Assembly: GCA_030448055.1 (NCBI GenBank) | Contig: JAUJNR010000002.1 | Coordinates: forward strand, 329,882 to 393,881 | Reading direction: 5' to 3' | Origin: Pyrinomonadaceae bacterium | Lineage (GTDB): Bacteria; Acidobacteriota; Blastocatellia; Pyrinomonadales; Pyrinomonadaceae | Length of the DNA stretch: 64,000 bases | Shown here: piece after piece, positions 35,562 through 45,484 of the stretch | Numbering within the stretch: the stretch's first letter is position 1 | Layout of the letters: each line of letters begins with the position of its first letter | Position numbers and translations under genes: made by a program | Notes under the pieces: model-generated | Told to the model about the DNA's origin: nothing | Databases searched by the model: none | Seen by the model: the letters and a program-made list of their open reading frames with translations, nothing else

Positions 35562-37274
35562 ATGACTTACATAAAAAGTCTTATAGAACAAACAGGAGAC
35601 TTCAGTAAAGAAGAGCAATATTCCATTGAATCGGGAGATTCCCGTCTAATTGGTTTAACTAGATTAGTGCTTTCCATTTGGGCTTTGTTTGCTATTTACA
35701 TTGCTCCGGTAGAATCAAACGGTTTGTTTGGTATTGTTTATACGGCTCTCATTCTATATACCGTCTATAGCTTAATCATTTGTTTGTTCAATTTTTTTTC
35801 GGGAAAAATTTTACCCTTTCATCTTCTTCACTGGTTCGACATCATTTGGTATTTGGTGCTGATTAGTTTTAGCAGGGGAACCAGCAGCATTTTCTATTTC
35901 TTCTTTTTCTTCCCTATTCTTACCGCTTCTTTCCGTTACGGTTTCTCCGAGGGATTTCGAGTGACTGTAATCTCGATGCTTTCCTTTACGGTAATCGGCT
36001 ATTTAACGGTTCCAGCAGGCGAAATCTTTGAATTGAACCGATTCGTTCTGCGACCCGGATATTTACTGATTCTTGGATTTATGATGGCTTATTGGGGCGG
36101 ACAAGAAATTTTATCAAAAAGACGGCTCGCGCTTCTGAGAAACGTGAACCGGTTGGCTAACCCGCGGTTCGGTATCACCCATACCATAACTTCAGTCCTC
36201 GAACAGCTAAAAGTTTTTTATGACGCCGAAGTTTGTTTGCTCGTAGTAAAAGGTTTCAATTCGTCTCGTTACTCATTAATCAAGATTGCCCGCGACGCGG
36301 ACCACAACGCTCCGCTAATACCGGTTTCCAAGCAGGATATCTCTCCGCTACTGGTTATTCCGCAAAGAATAGCCGTGTATTTCAACAGCGAACAAGACAT
36401 CTGGAGGCAGATGATAGGAAAGAAAAAACATTATGCTCTGGATATTAAGAAAAACCATTCAACTGAAAAGTATCTGGAAATTACCGAGGGCATTGCAAAT
36501 TTTCTCGAAGTTAAGTCTTTAGCCAGCCTGCCGCTTTTTCTAAAAGAGAAACTGATCGGTCGCCTTTTTATTGGCACCGAGCGACATAATTTTACCCAAT
36601 CAGATTTGGAATTTATTTTACAAATTACCGAGCAGGTGATGCCCATGATCGAAAACATCCGGCTGCTTGATGATTTAGCCTCCAAATCAGCCGAGCGGGA
36701 ACGGGTAAAAATTTCGCGTGACCTGCACGACAGCACAGTTCAACCTTACCTCGGGCTAAAATTCAAGTTGGAAAGCATTCTTCGGAAACTGTCACCGGAA
36801 GAACGGCTATACGGTGAGGTGAACGATCTGGTCGGAATGGTTTCAAAAAGCGTTACCGATTTGCGCGGTTATATCTCAAACCTCAAAGAGGAATCTGTCG
36901 GACGCGAGCCGATGCTTATCAATGCGGTTAAACGCCAAGCCGCGCAATTTATGAAATATCACTCGATGAAAGTTGATATTGATGCGCCCGAAAACTTACA
37001 AATTCCCGACCGGCTGGCAGCAGAGGTTTTTCAAATGGTGAGTGAGGGGCTGAGTAATATAAACCGTCACACGCGGTCTGATTATGCGTTCATCAAAATT
37101 TCAATTGAACACGGGTCGCTCATCCTCATCATCGAGAACAATAATTCGGGTGCCGGCGCAGCGGCACAACCTTTTTTCCCAAAATCTCTTGCCGGGCGGG
37201 CGAAGGCTTTGGGAGGAAACTTAACCATTACACAGAACGGCAAAACTTCAGTTGTGATAAAAGTGCCAATTTAG
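35562..37274 (+). CDS. sensor histidine kinase (HisKA_3/NarX-class)
   Basis: N-terminal multi-helix membrane region, a central GAF-like region, H-box ISRDLHDSTVQPYLGL, and an ATPase N-box EGLSNINRHT. Confidence 0.85.
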   Translation: MTYIKSLIEQTGDFSKEEQYSIESGDSRLIGLTRLVLSIWALFAIYIAPVESNGLFGIVYTALILYTVYSLIICLFNFFSGKILPFHLLHWFDIIWYLVLISFSRGTSSIFYFFFFFPILTASFRYGFSEGFRVTVISMLSFTVIGYLTVPAGEIFELNRFVLRPGYLLILGFMMAYWGGQEILSKRRLALLRNVNRLANPRFGITHTITSVLEQLKVFYDAEVCLLVVKGFNSSRYSLIKIARDADHNAPLIPVSKQDISPLLVIPQRIAVYFNSEQDIWRQMIGKKKHYALDIKKNHSTEKYLEITEGIANFLEVKSLASLPLFLKEKLIGRLFIGTERHNFTQSDLEFILQITEQVMPMIENIRLLDDLASKSAERERVKISRDLHDSTVQPYLGLKFKLESILRKLSPEERLYGEVNDLVGMVSKSVTDLRGYISNLKEESVGREPMLINAVKRQAAQFMKYHSMKVDIDAPENLQIPDRLAAEVFQMVSEGLSNINRHTRSDYAFIKISIEHGSLILIIENNNSGAGAAAQPFFPKSLAGRAKALGGNLTITQNGKTSVVIKVPI

Positions 37275-37337
37275 TTTTTGAAACAACCTTATATTTAATA
37301 AGTACTCCGACAAAAATATAGTAATCTATATTGCACG

Positions 37338-37757
37338 ATGGGCAGATTTCTTAAAATTACTCTTGATGAAATAAAACGCGCCGAACTGGAAAACGGTTAT
37401 CGAAACGGCGATAGCCACACTTTTCGCCGACATTGCCAAATGGTTTTGCTCAAAGCCGAAGGGCGTCAAACAAAAGAGATTGCCGCCTTCTTCGGGTGTT
37501 GCGAAAAGTCCGTTAATGATTGGCTGCACCGCTACAAAAAGGACGGCGTTACGGGTTTGCGAATCAAAGCCGGGCGCGGACGACCCAGCATTTTATCGCC
37601 GACAGCCGATGCCGAAACGGTGCGCTCTGCCATCACAGAACATCGTCAGCGCGTTTCTCTGGCGAAAGCCGAACTCGAAGAAAGCCTCGGCAAAGAGTTT
37701 TCTGAGCGAACGCTGGTGCGTTTCTTAAAAAACTTAACTGCCGATATAAACGCTTGA
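37338..37757 (+). CDS. IS630-family transposase, HTH part
   Basis: Paralogue of 21526..21915. Confidence 0.8.
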   Translation: MGRFLKITLDEIKRAELENGYRNGDSHTFRRHCQMVLLKAEGRQTKEIAAFFGCCEKSVNDWLHRYKKDGVTGLRIKAGRGRPSILSPTADAETVRSAITEHRQRVSLAKAELEESLGKEFSERTLVRFLKNLTADINA

Positions 37758-38365
37758 GACGGAGAATCAAAAACCGGGAAAACGCCGACATTTACAAGGC
37801 AAAACTCGAAAGTTTGGGAGAATTGGAGAAATTGAGTCAAAGCAAACAAATTGATTTGTTCTACTCGGATGAAGCGGCAGTCTCGCTCTTGCCAAACGTC
37901 CCCTATGGCTGGCAGTTCTCCGATGAACAGGTAGCAATGCCGTCAAGCACGGGCAAAGGTACAAACTGTTTTGCCTTGCTCGCTAGAGACAATCGCTCCC
38001 GAATCGAAACAACCGACCGCTCAATCACGGCAGAGTTTATTTTCGAGCAGTTTGAACGCTTGAGTTTCTCGCTTTCACGCTTAACGATTGTGGTTTTGGA
38101 CAACGCCCCTGTTCATCGGGCGCGAATTATCAAAGAGCAAATTTCTGTGTGGCAGCAACGCGGATTATTTTTGTTTTATTTGCCGCGTTACTCGCCGCAC
38201 TTAAACATTGTCGAAACGCTGTGGCGTAAGCTCAAATACGAGTGGCTCGCGCCAAAAGATTATCAATCGAGAGATTCATTGTGTTACGCCGTGCAACAGG
38301 CACTTAAATCAGTCGGCACGAGTTTGCACATCAATTTTTCAAGTTTCAATTTTAGCTTACTCTAA
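37754..38365 (+). CDS. IS630-family transposase, DDE part
   Basis: Motifs FYSDEAAV, VVLDNAPVH and LPRYSPHLNIVETLWRKLKYE. Confidence 0.85.
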   Translation: MRRRIKNRENADIYKAKLESLGELEKLSQSKQIDLFYSDEAAVSLLPNVPYGWQFSDEQVAMPSSTGKGTNCFALLARDNRSRIETTDRSITAEFIFEQFERLSFSLSRLTIVVLDNAPVHRARIIKEQISVWQQRGLFLFYLPRYSPHLNIVETLWRKLKYEWLAPKDYQSRDSLCYAVQQALKSVGTSLHINFSSFNFSLL

Positions 38366-38407
38366 AATTGTCACAGTACTTAGTTTATAAAAAATTCGCT
38401 AAAAAAT

Positions 38408-39124
38408 ATGAAAGACTTCACATCTGCCAAACAAATGATCAATGTTTTACTCATAGATGACCATCAAATGATTTTGGACGGGCTAACCGCCTTGATTAGC
38501 TCTGAGAATGAAACGATTAAGGTCGTCGGGCGCACCAGCGATTCTGAGCAAATAACCTCTTTAGCCCGGGAACTCGACCCAGATGTCATACTGCTCGACT
38601 TGGATTTGGGCAGAGGTAAGGACGGCGCAAAAATATGCGGACTTGACTTTCTGCCCCAACTGGCAAACGAGAGAAAGGCAAAGGTCTTGATCCTTACCGG
38701 AGAATCGGACATTGCTCTCCACGCTGAGGCAATCAGCCGCGGAGCTAAAGGCGTGGTTTTTAAGAACGCGCCGGGTGAGGTTATCATTCAAGCCATAAAG
38801 AAGATTGCCGCCGGACAGCGATGGCATTCAGACGAAATTATTGATTATATGACGACGCACCATAAGAAAGGTGCATCTTCTGACAAGCCGAAAGATTTAG
38901 ACTCTGAAAATATAGCTACCTTGACCCCCATGCAGCTACGTGTAATCGCAACCATCACTGCTAACGTAACGATGCCCAATAAGCAAATTGCGAGTTTGCT
39001 GCGGATCAGCGAGCACACCCTAAAAAATCATTTGACAGAGATCAACAGCAAGCTGTACACCAAGAACAAAATGGATTTGTTTATGTTCGCCAAACGGCAC
39101 AATTTGGATAAGATTAGTTTTTGA
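38408..39124 (+). CDS. LuxR/NarL-family response regulator
   Basis: Receiver domain (VLLIDDHQMILDG...DVILLDLDLG) and a C-terminal LuxR HTH (NKQIASLLRISEHTLKNHLTEINSKL). Confidence 0.85.
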   Translation: MKDFTSAKQMINVLLIDDHQMILDGLTALISSENETIKVVGRTSDSEQITSLARELDPDVILLDLDLGRGKDGAKICGLDFLPQLANERKAKVLILTGESDIALHAEAISRGAKGVVFKNAPGEVIIQAIKKIAAGQRWHSDEIIDYMTTHHKKGASSDKPKDLDSENIATLTPMQLRVIATITANVTMPNKQIASLLRISEHTLKNHLTEINSKLYTKNKMDLFMFAKRHNLDKISF

Positions 39125-39313
39125 TAGGCGGGTTAGAGACAGCACAGCGGTAGGACTACAATAATTAAATAATGTTTTTGAAAAAGTTATAAACTGCCTG
39201 CTATAAAATTTCGAGAAGTGCTAAAATTTATTAATTTGCAGGCTTACTGAGAAGTTATTCGCGGAGATTCAGTTACTGCATTATCAGTTAAGGACATCCA
39301 CCACCCGATTGCA

Positions 39314-39700
39314 TCAAGCTGTGACAGGGAGAAGCATATTGATTTGTTCCATCAGCTCATTCAGGTTAAGCGGCTTTGTCAGATAATGAACATACCCGGC
39401 TGCTGATTCATCTATATTAAGAAACAGTTCCATACCGCGATGTCCGTCTCCGGACATCGCCAGGATCGGCACGTCACAAAGGCTGCGAATCTGATTTATC
39501 GCGGCAACGCCATCGAGTTCAGGCATATGTAAATCGGTTAAGATTAAATCAGGACATTGCTGCCGCGCCAAGCTGATTGCTTCCGCTCCATTTTCAGCCT
39601 CGATTACATTAAAGCCCTCGCCTTCCAAGAAAACTCGCAAAAATTCTCGCGAGTCATCATGGTCTTCGGCTATTAAGATTGTTAAATTTTCTGAATTCAT
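39314..39700 (-). CDS. single-domain (CheY-like) response regulator
   Basis: LTILIAEDHDDSREFL...DLILTDLHMPELDG. Start taken at the internal ATG at 39700, after a GAGG Shine-Dalgarno sequence. Confidence 0.8.
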   Translation of the reverse strand: MNSENLTILIAEDHDDSREFLRVFLEGEGFNVIEAENGAEAISLARQQCPDLILTDLHMPELDGVAAINQIRSLCDVPILAMSGDGHRGMELFLNIDESAAGYVHYLTKPLNLNELMEQINMLLPVTA

Positions 39701-39797
39701 AATCTTGCCTCGGTGCTTGTTCAAGAGTGACATTTAGTAAAATGCCCCCTGCTTTCTGCAGAAGGCATTTTACTAAGCAACGTCAGTATTCAAGAGG

Positions 39798-42363
39798 TTA
39801 TTTGACTTCAGCTTTACCGCTGGAAATTACTTGTGTGACAGTCTTCCAACCAGTTGCATCAGCTACCCAATTGTTTGAGTAAAACAATTGGCTATTGCTT
39901 GAAGACATCGCTGTAAAGCCAACCTCATCAGATCCACTACTGTTGTCGGTAACATCCATTCGAAGCGAAACATTCCCCTCGCCAGCTACAGCAGTACCGT
40001 TAGCCAGTATCTTAGAGACATTGGACTTGGTGTAAATCGTCGCTTTCTTCCCGCCAGGGAAGGGTGTAATCGCCATAGACGAGATAGAGTTAGACTTGAT
40101 AAGTACCGTCGAGCCGTCAGGTTGCGGAATTGACACTGTAATCTTGCCTTGCGGGTTAGTTCCGCTACTGTTGTACTTCATACCAAGGACGAAACGGATT
40201 TTTTCATCGACGTTGCTGCGGTAGAGACCCGCCGCACTCGCCATTCCGGTAATTTCTTGGTAGGCATTAGCTTCATTAGTCCCGGCTGGCTTGACAACAC
40301 TTACGAAAGCATCAGGGTCTGAAAGCAGAGCATTAGTGTAGGGACCGGTTAGTCTAACCAGAATCAAGTATGATTCAGCGCCATACTGTCCGGTGCTTAG
40401 TGTCACAATAGTGTTAGCCGTTCCGGTGTTAGCGCCAGAACCTGCAACCGGACTGACGTTTACGTTGCTGGCTAAGACTCTGCCAGGTAAGCCATTGGTA
40501 AAGTCAATAAACTCAGCCTTCGCACCATTAAGAGCAACCCCCGTCGGGTCTTGGACGCTTGCTGACAGTGTAACCTGTGCAGTAGTAGAGCTGGTTCCCG
40601 AAGTTACAAACTGTGTTTGACCGATATATCGCACTAACGCTGGTCGCGGCATAATCACAAAGGTTTTACTATTACTGTTTCCCGTGTGGTTGTTGCCACC
40701 AGCATATGAAGCATTCGCCGTCGCTGTGCCTGCGCTGGTATTATTTAGATAGCTAACTGGTAGAGGTAAATTTAATCCACCTGCACCAGTTACAGTTGCC
40801 GTACATGGCGTTGATGCTAAGCCAGGATACTCAAAACTTGTCGGACACGTTACTGTTACCGTCGAACCCGCTTTACCTATCGAGAAGGTTTCATTATCGC
40901 TGCTGCCCGTGTGATTTGCGTCACCATTAAATGTGTAGCTTGCTGAAGCAAGATTACCAACAGTCGTTGCGTTGACGTTATTGGCATAAACCGGTGTCGG
41001 TGTCAGATTAAGTCCGCCCACACCAGTAACTGAAACCGAGCAAGGCGTAATAGCTGAACCGGTAAAGATCGGCGTACCCGTACAGGTTACTGTTGTTGTC
41101 GATCCTGCTTTATCAATGGTGAAAGTTTTGCTGTCGTTGCTGCTCGTGTGATTATTGCCACCAGCAAAATTGTAGCTCGCCGTTGCCGTGCCTGCATTTG
41201 TATTGTCTGAGTAAACGGCATTCGGCGTTAAATTCAAACCACCTGCGCCAGTTACGGAAACTGTACAAGGAGTTTGCGCTACTCCGTTAAAGGTAACGCT
41301 TGTTGTCGGACAAGTAACAACAGTTGATGAGCTTGCCGGATCAATGGTGTATGAACCATTAACAGGCGTAATATTGAAGTTTGTCAGACCGGTTCCGCTA
41401 ACGACTGGCTTGATTATAGCTGTGCCAGCATCTGGACCAACTGAAGTCACGTCGTTTGCGCAAGTTAAGTCGCCTTTATAAACACCAGTAACTGCGCAAG
41501 CCGAAGGCGTTTTTGCCGAGCCATCATACGTTGCCGCCCCACCACCTGCTGTTGCTGTGACCAGCGCTTTGCTGATAGTAAAGGTTTTTTCTACAGCAGT
41601 GCTTGCTGCATAGTTTGTGCTTGCAGTATAAGCAGCATTTGCCGTTGCCGTGCCAGCGTTGACATTATTGGCGTAGGTTACTGCAACCGCTTCATTCAAA
41701 CCATTAGCACCGGTGACAGTAGCCGAACAAGGTGTTTGCGCCGCACCGTTGAAGGTGACGCCTGTTGTCGGACAGGTAATTACTGTTGTCGTTGCTGCCG
41801 CATTAATCACCGCTGTTCCATTAACAGACGTGATCTCGAAGTTGGTCAGACCAGTTCCGCTAACTTGAGGGACAATTGCTGTCGTGCCAGCATTCGGACC
41901 GACTGAACTTGGAGTGTTTGCACAAGTCAAATCACCCTTGTAAATACCTGTAACAACACAAGCTGAAGGCGATTTTGTCGTACCGTCATAGGTTGCCGTA
42001 CCACTGCCGCCGGTTGCCGTAACCGCTGCTTTGCTGATGGTCAGTGCTCCATTGTTGAAGCTGTTGAAATTATAGTTGGTCGCACTTAGCGTGCCTAGTG
42101 TTGGTGTGATCGTGTATGATCCTGCGTTCACTGCTCCTACTGCCGTACCAGAATAACCTGGTGTTCCGCTTACCACTGAACTGTTTTCACCGGTTACGAA
42201 GCCGGTAATAGTTGATGTAAATGTCGTGAATGCGGCGCCGTCGTAGCTTTTGCCCTTATTGTCGGCAGCCACCGTTAAGCTGACTTTGCCGATGTTATAT
42301 GATCCATTAACAGATGTAATATTGAAGTTTGTTAGACCGGTTCCGCTTACGACCGGTTCGATT
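39798..42363 (-). pseudogene. 3-prime part (about 855 codons) of a large repeat-rich adhesin-like gene, 5-prime end cut by IS
   Basis: The first 17 codons of the tracked ORF are IS sequence. The body consists of repeats of about 85 aa (...TYDG..K.PSAC.VTG.YKGDLTCAN...VSGTGLTNF.IT.VNG...) resembling MBG/YDG-type surface-protein repeats. Confidence 0.8.
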
Positions 42364-42441
42364 TGTAACCATCCCATAAAATAGAGCCAGACAAGATTAC
42401 AGTTTTCGGTCAAAGTAGAAAGTTAAGGAGAACCGAAAACG

Positions 42442-42717
42442 ATGATGAAAAGTAAGTTTAGTGAACATCAGATTATTAACATTTTGAAGCAGACCGAAAG
42501 CGGCAGAACCGTCGCTGAAGTCTGCCGAGAAAACTCGATTTCGCCTTCGACTTATTTTAAGTGGAAAACGAAATACGGCGGTATGGAAGCCTCCGATTTG
42601 AAGCGGATGCGCGATCTGGAAGACGAGAATCGGCAGCTCAAGAGAATGTTCGCCGACCTGTCATTAGAGAATCGCGCACTGAAGGATGTAATTGAAAAAA
42701 AGCCCTGGAGCCGATAG
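42442..42717 (+). CDS. IS3-family transposase OrfA
   Basis: MMKSKFSEHQIINILKQTESGRTVAEVCRENSISPSTYFKWKTKYGGME plus a leucine zipper, as in IS407-group OrfA proteins. Confidence 0.9.
   Translation: MMKSKFSEHQIINILKQTESGRTVAEVCRENSISPSTYFKWKTKYGGMEASDLKRMRDLEDENRQLKRMFADLSLENRALKDVIEKKPWSR
42696..42702 (+). promoter_or_regulatory. programmed -1 frameshift heptamer A AAA AAG
   Basis: It is in the orfA frame (GAA AAA AAG). The -1 frame continues as KALEPIAKKAVVSHLQTEHH..., which is the N-terminus seen in the copy 1 OrfB ORF. Confidence 0.75.
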
Positions 42718-42740
42718 CGAAAAAAGCGGTCGTTTCGCAC

Positions 42741-43538
42741 TTGCAGACTGAGCATCACCTGAGTGAGCGACGTGCCTGCCGGCTGGTCAACCTGTCGAGG
42801 TCGGTCTTTCGCTATGCGGCGCACGGGCGCGACGACTCCGTGATTCAAACGGCTCTGACGAAACTGGCAGCCAAGCATCCGGAGTTCGGCTTTCGCAAGA
42901 TGTTTCTGACGCTCCGGCGGCTCGGCAATCCGTGGAATCACAAGCGCGTGTATCGCATTTATTGCGGACTGAAACTGAACAGACGGCGCAAACACAAACG
43001 GCGCGTTCCTTCGAGAAATCCGTTGCCGCTCGCTGTGCCGGAAACAGTCAATCAAGTTTGGTCGGCGGACTTTATGAGTGACGCACTATGGAACGGCAGA
43101 CGTTTCCGCACGTTCAATGTGATTGATGATTTCAACCGCGAAGCTCTTGCCATTGAAATTGACACTGGAATTTCAGCCCAAAGAGTTGTGCGGATTCTTG
43201 ATCAAACCGCCGTTTGGCGCGGGTTGCCGGAGAAAATCAGGTTCGATAACGGACCGGAGCTAACGGCTTTGGCAGTGGCGGACTGGGCGGAAGAGAAAGG
43301 AGTCGCATTGGAATTCATCAAACCGGGAAGACCGATGCAGAACGGTTTCATCGAACGCTTCAATCGCTCGTTTCGGGAAGCGGTTTTGAATATGTATATC
43401 TTTGAAAGTTTGGAAGAGGTGAAAACGGAAACGGAAAAGTGGCTCGATATTTACAATCAGCATCGCCCGCACGACTCGCTGGGAAATCTATCGCCGATAG
43501 AATATTTGCAAAAGTTCAACTCGAAAACTGTAACCTAG
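42741..43538 (+). CDS. IS3-family transposase OrfB (expressed as OrfAB fusion)
   Basis: Identical in translation to 7895..8740 over the shared length. Confidence 0.9.
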   Translation: MQTEHHLSERRACRLVNLSRSVFRYAAHGRDDSVIQTALTKLAAKHPEFGFRKMFLTLRRLGNPWNHKRVYRIYCGLKLNRRRKHKRRVPSRNPLPLAVPETVNQVWSADFMSDALWNGRRFRTFNVIDDFNREALAIEIDTGISAQRVVRILDQTAVWRGLPEKIRFDNGPELTALAVADWAEEKGVALEFIKPGRPMQNGFIERFNRSFREAVLNMYIFESLEEVKTETEKWLDIYNQHRPHDSLGNLSPIEYLQKFNSKTVT

Positions 43539-43568
43539 ATTGGAGTAATTACGGGAGCTTTACACGTA

Positions 43569-43658
43569 GTCTCCGATTTCTGTTCCGTGTTCCTCTTCAT
43601 TTTGGAAGTCTTGTAACGTTCCAATTCGTAGTTGACCGAATGCAAGCATCGCCATCAT
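43569..43658 (-). pseudogene. 5-prime 30 codons of the gene whose remainder is at 9070..9576
   Basis: The minus strand reads ATGATGGCGATGCTTGCATTCGGTCAACTACGAATT...GGAGAC (MMAMLAFGQLRIGTLQDFQNEEEHGTEIGD) and ends exactly at the IS-flanking CGTA. Confidence 0.75.
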
Positions 43659-43737
43659 GTATTTTGAATGTGTGTACTTAAATAGGGGGCGGTTTGCTGT
43701 TGATGAGGCCGGCATAATTTTGTCCAGCCCCCATTTG

Positions 43738-44589
43738 TTATCCCAATTGAATGGAGAGAGATTTGTTACTCTCCGTCTTTGATTTGAACTCCAGCGGAGT
43801 CAAATATCCAAGGCTCGAATGCGGTCGTCCTTCGTTGTAGAATCTACGCCATTCTTCAATTACCACTTGCGCTTCTTTAACCGAAGAGAACCATTCGCGG
43901 CTTAGGCATTCATCCCGGAGTTTTCCGTTAAAGCTTTCGCCTTTGCCGTTCTGCCATGGTTTGCCCGGTTCGATAAACAACGGCTCGATGCCGTTCTCTC
44001 CAAGCCAGCCGCCGACCGCCTTGCCGATGAATTCACTTCCGTTATCCGAACGAATCTGTTCCGGCTTGCCAAAAGAGGCGCAAACTCTTTGCAGAATCTG
44101 CCTGACCCGTTCGCTCGTTATTGACACGCCGACCTCAACCGCCAGGCATTCTCTGGTATATTCATCAATCAAGGTCAGCATCTTCAGGCTTTTACCCGAA
44201 AGACTTTGGTCGAATACAAAATCATACGTCCAAACCTGGTTAGACCTCTGAGCCTTCGGCATGATTCCGACAACCGATTTGGAGCGCCTCTTGCGCGGTC
44301 GCCTGAGCGGTAAACTCAGCTTCTCCTGTTTCCATAACCGGTAAACCCGTTTGAGATTCACCTTGGCACCCGTATGCCTGAGCAGAGCGGCAATCCGCCG
44401 ATAACCGAAGCGAGGATGTTCGACCGCCAGAGCGCGCACTTGTTTTATCAAACTGCACTCCGCCGCGCGCCTTTGTCTGTATCGACAGCTTCTCCGATTT
44501 AGCGAGACAAGACGGCAGCCGCGCCGCTCAGACAATCGGCGGGTTCTCATAAAGGCAACCGCCTCCCGCTTGGCGGCGCAGCCTACCAC
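43738..44589 (-). CDS. IS3-family transposase OrfB
   Basis: Motifs WTYDFVFD, IRSDNGSEFIG and NGKGESFNGKLRDE. Confidence 0.9.
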   Translation of the reverse strand: MVGCAAKREAVAFMRTRRLSERRGCRLVSLNRRSCRYRQRRAAECSLIKQVRALAVEHPRFGYRRIAALLRHTGAKVNLKRVYRLWKQEKLSLPLRRPRKRRSKSVVGIMPKAQRSNQVWTYDFVFDQSLSGKSLKMLTLIDEYTRECLAVEVGVSITSERVRQILQRVCASFGKPEQIRSDNGSEFIGKAVGGWLGENGIEPLFIEPGKPWQNGKGESFNGKLRDECLSREWFSSVKEAQVVIEEWRRFYNEGRPHSSLGYLTPLEFKSKTESNKSLSIQLG

Positions 44590-44849
44590 TTTTTTGCCAG
44601 CACCTCTTTGATTACATCAATCTCTAAATCCCGTTCGGCGAGCAGTCTTTTCAAACGGGCATTTTCCTGCTGCAATTGCCGATATTCTTTGACCTCGGCA
44701 ACTTCCATTGTCCCGAAACGGTTACGCCATTTGTAAAATGTGCCTTCGCTGACATCTTTTTCCCGGCAGTATTCTTTAATTGTTTTTCCGCTCGGCTCAA
44801 AGCCGCGTAAGATGCCGACGATTTGCTCGTCCGTAAAAGTCTTTTTCAT
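44583..44849 (-). CDS. IS3-family transposase OrfA
   Basis: MKKTFTDEQIVGILRGFEPSGKTIKEYCREKDVSEGTFYKWRNRFGTMEV. Confidence 0.9.
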   Translation of the reverse strand: MKKTFTDEQIVGILRGFEPSGKTIKEYCREKDVSEGTFYKWRNRFGTMEVAEVKEYRQLQQENARLKRLLAERDLEIDVIKEVLAKKW

Positions 44850-45015
44850 AGCAAGAATCTCCTGTTTTCAGTTTATTTGATTCTCGCCATTCTTTCGGGA
44901 TAATTCTACGGGTGCAGGTCAATTTCTGTAAATTCTTTAATTATAGGGACACAACGCGATTGTGTGAAATAGCTTATGATAGTCGTGTTCCCGAAAGGTA
45001 TGTGCTAGATAAAAA

Positions 45016-45465
45016 TTAAGGTCTTCTTCGGCTCGGTGCGCTTCTCGTATGAGGACGGACATAACTTCCGCCTCGCATATGCCCCTTTACGTTAACAGTT
45101 CTTCCAGAGGAACTACCACTACTAGACCCAGATGAATAACCCGAATCGCCTTCCTCAGACTCCAAAATCGTATAGGTTCGCGGACTCGTAAATCCACTCC
45201 TCGCAGCATAATTAGAATTGAAAAAGCGAACTTTATCTGAATCTGGAATCTTCGTTGCCTCTACTGAATTGGAAGGATAATAAACCTTGCTTTTCTTATC
45301 TCCGATATAAAATTCATGTGCGGGGACTGAGGAATCGCTCTCTTCAACAGGTATAGTTACCGCTAACCCGATACATATAGTCGCTCTTGCATACCCGTGT
45401 ATTCTGGCAAACTTCGCAGCGTAAAACTTAATAATATTCGACTTTGGAATATTCCGCGCTTCCAA
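45016..45465 (-). CDS. hypothetical protein with Ser/Gly-rich linker and basic C-terminus
   Basis: A 149-codon ORF. A segment FYIGDKKSKVYYPSNSVEATKIPDSDKVRFFNSNYAARSGF resembles a cysteine-less sunset-type domain. Weak call. Confidence 0.5.
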   Translation of the reverse strand: MEARNIPKSNIIKFYAAKFARIHGYARATICIGLAVTIPVEESDSSVPAHEFYIGDKKSKVYYPSNSVEATKIPDSDKVRFFNSNYAARSGFTSPRTYTILESEEGDSGYSSGSSSGSSSGRTVNVKGHMRGGSYVRPHTRSAPSRRRP

Positions 45466-45484
45466 TTATTGGATGTGAATTTTG

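Larger units (their letters stand above)
37301..38380 (+). mobile_element. IS630-family element c, inserted between kinase and regulator genes
   Basis: Inverted ends AGTACTCCGACAAAAATATAG / AGTACTGTGACAATTTTAGAG flanked by TA at 37299..37300 and 38381..38382. Confidence 0.85.
42364..43564 (+). mobile_element. IS3-family (IS407-group) insertion sequence, copy 2 (1201 bp), apparently intact
   Basis: Same ends as copy 1. orfA/orfB with a canonical slippery site. Its own flanks (GATT / CGTA) are not a duplication. Confidence 0.9.
43721..44921 (-). mobile_element. second IS407-group element (different sequence, 1201 bp)
   Basis: Ends TGTCCAGCCCCCATTTGTTATCCC / TGACCTGCACCCGTAGAATTATCCC. Perfect 4-bp duplication ATTT at 43717..43720 and 44922..44925. 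Slippery A AAA AAG on the minus strand at 44589..44595. Confidence 0.9.

Noticed and set aside
7869-43564. A composite transposon formed by the two inverted IS407-group copies
   Set aside because: The outer flanks (TACT on the left, CGTA on the right) are not a direct duplication. The matching 4 bp pair an inner flank with an outer flank instead, which fits inversion and not transposition of the whole unit.
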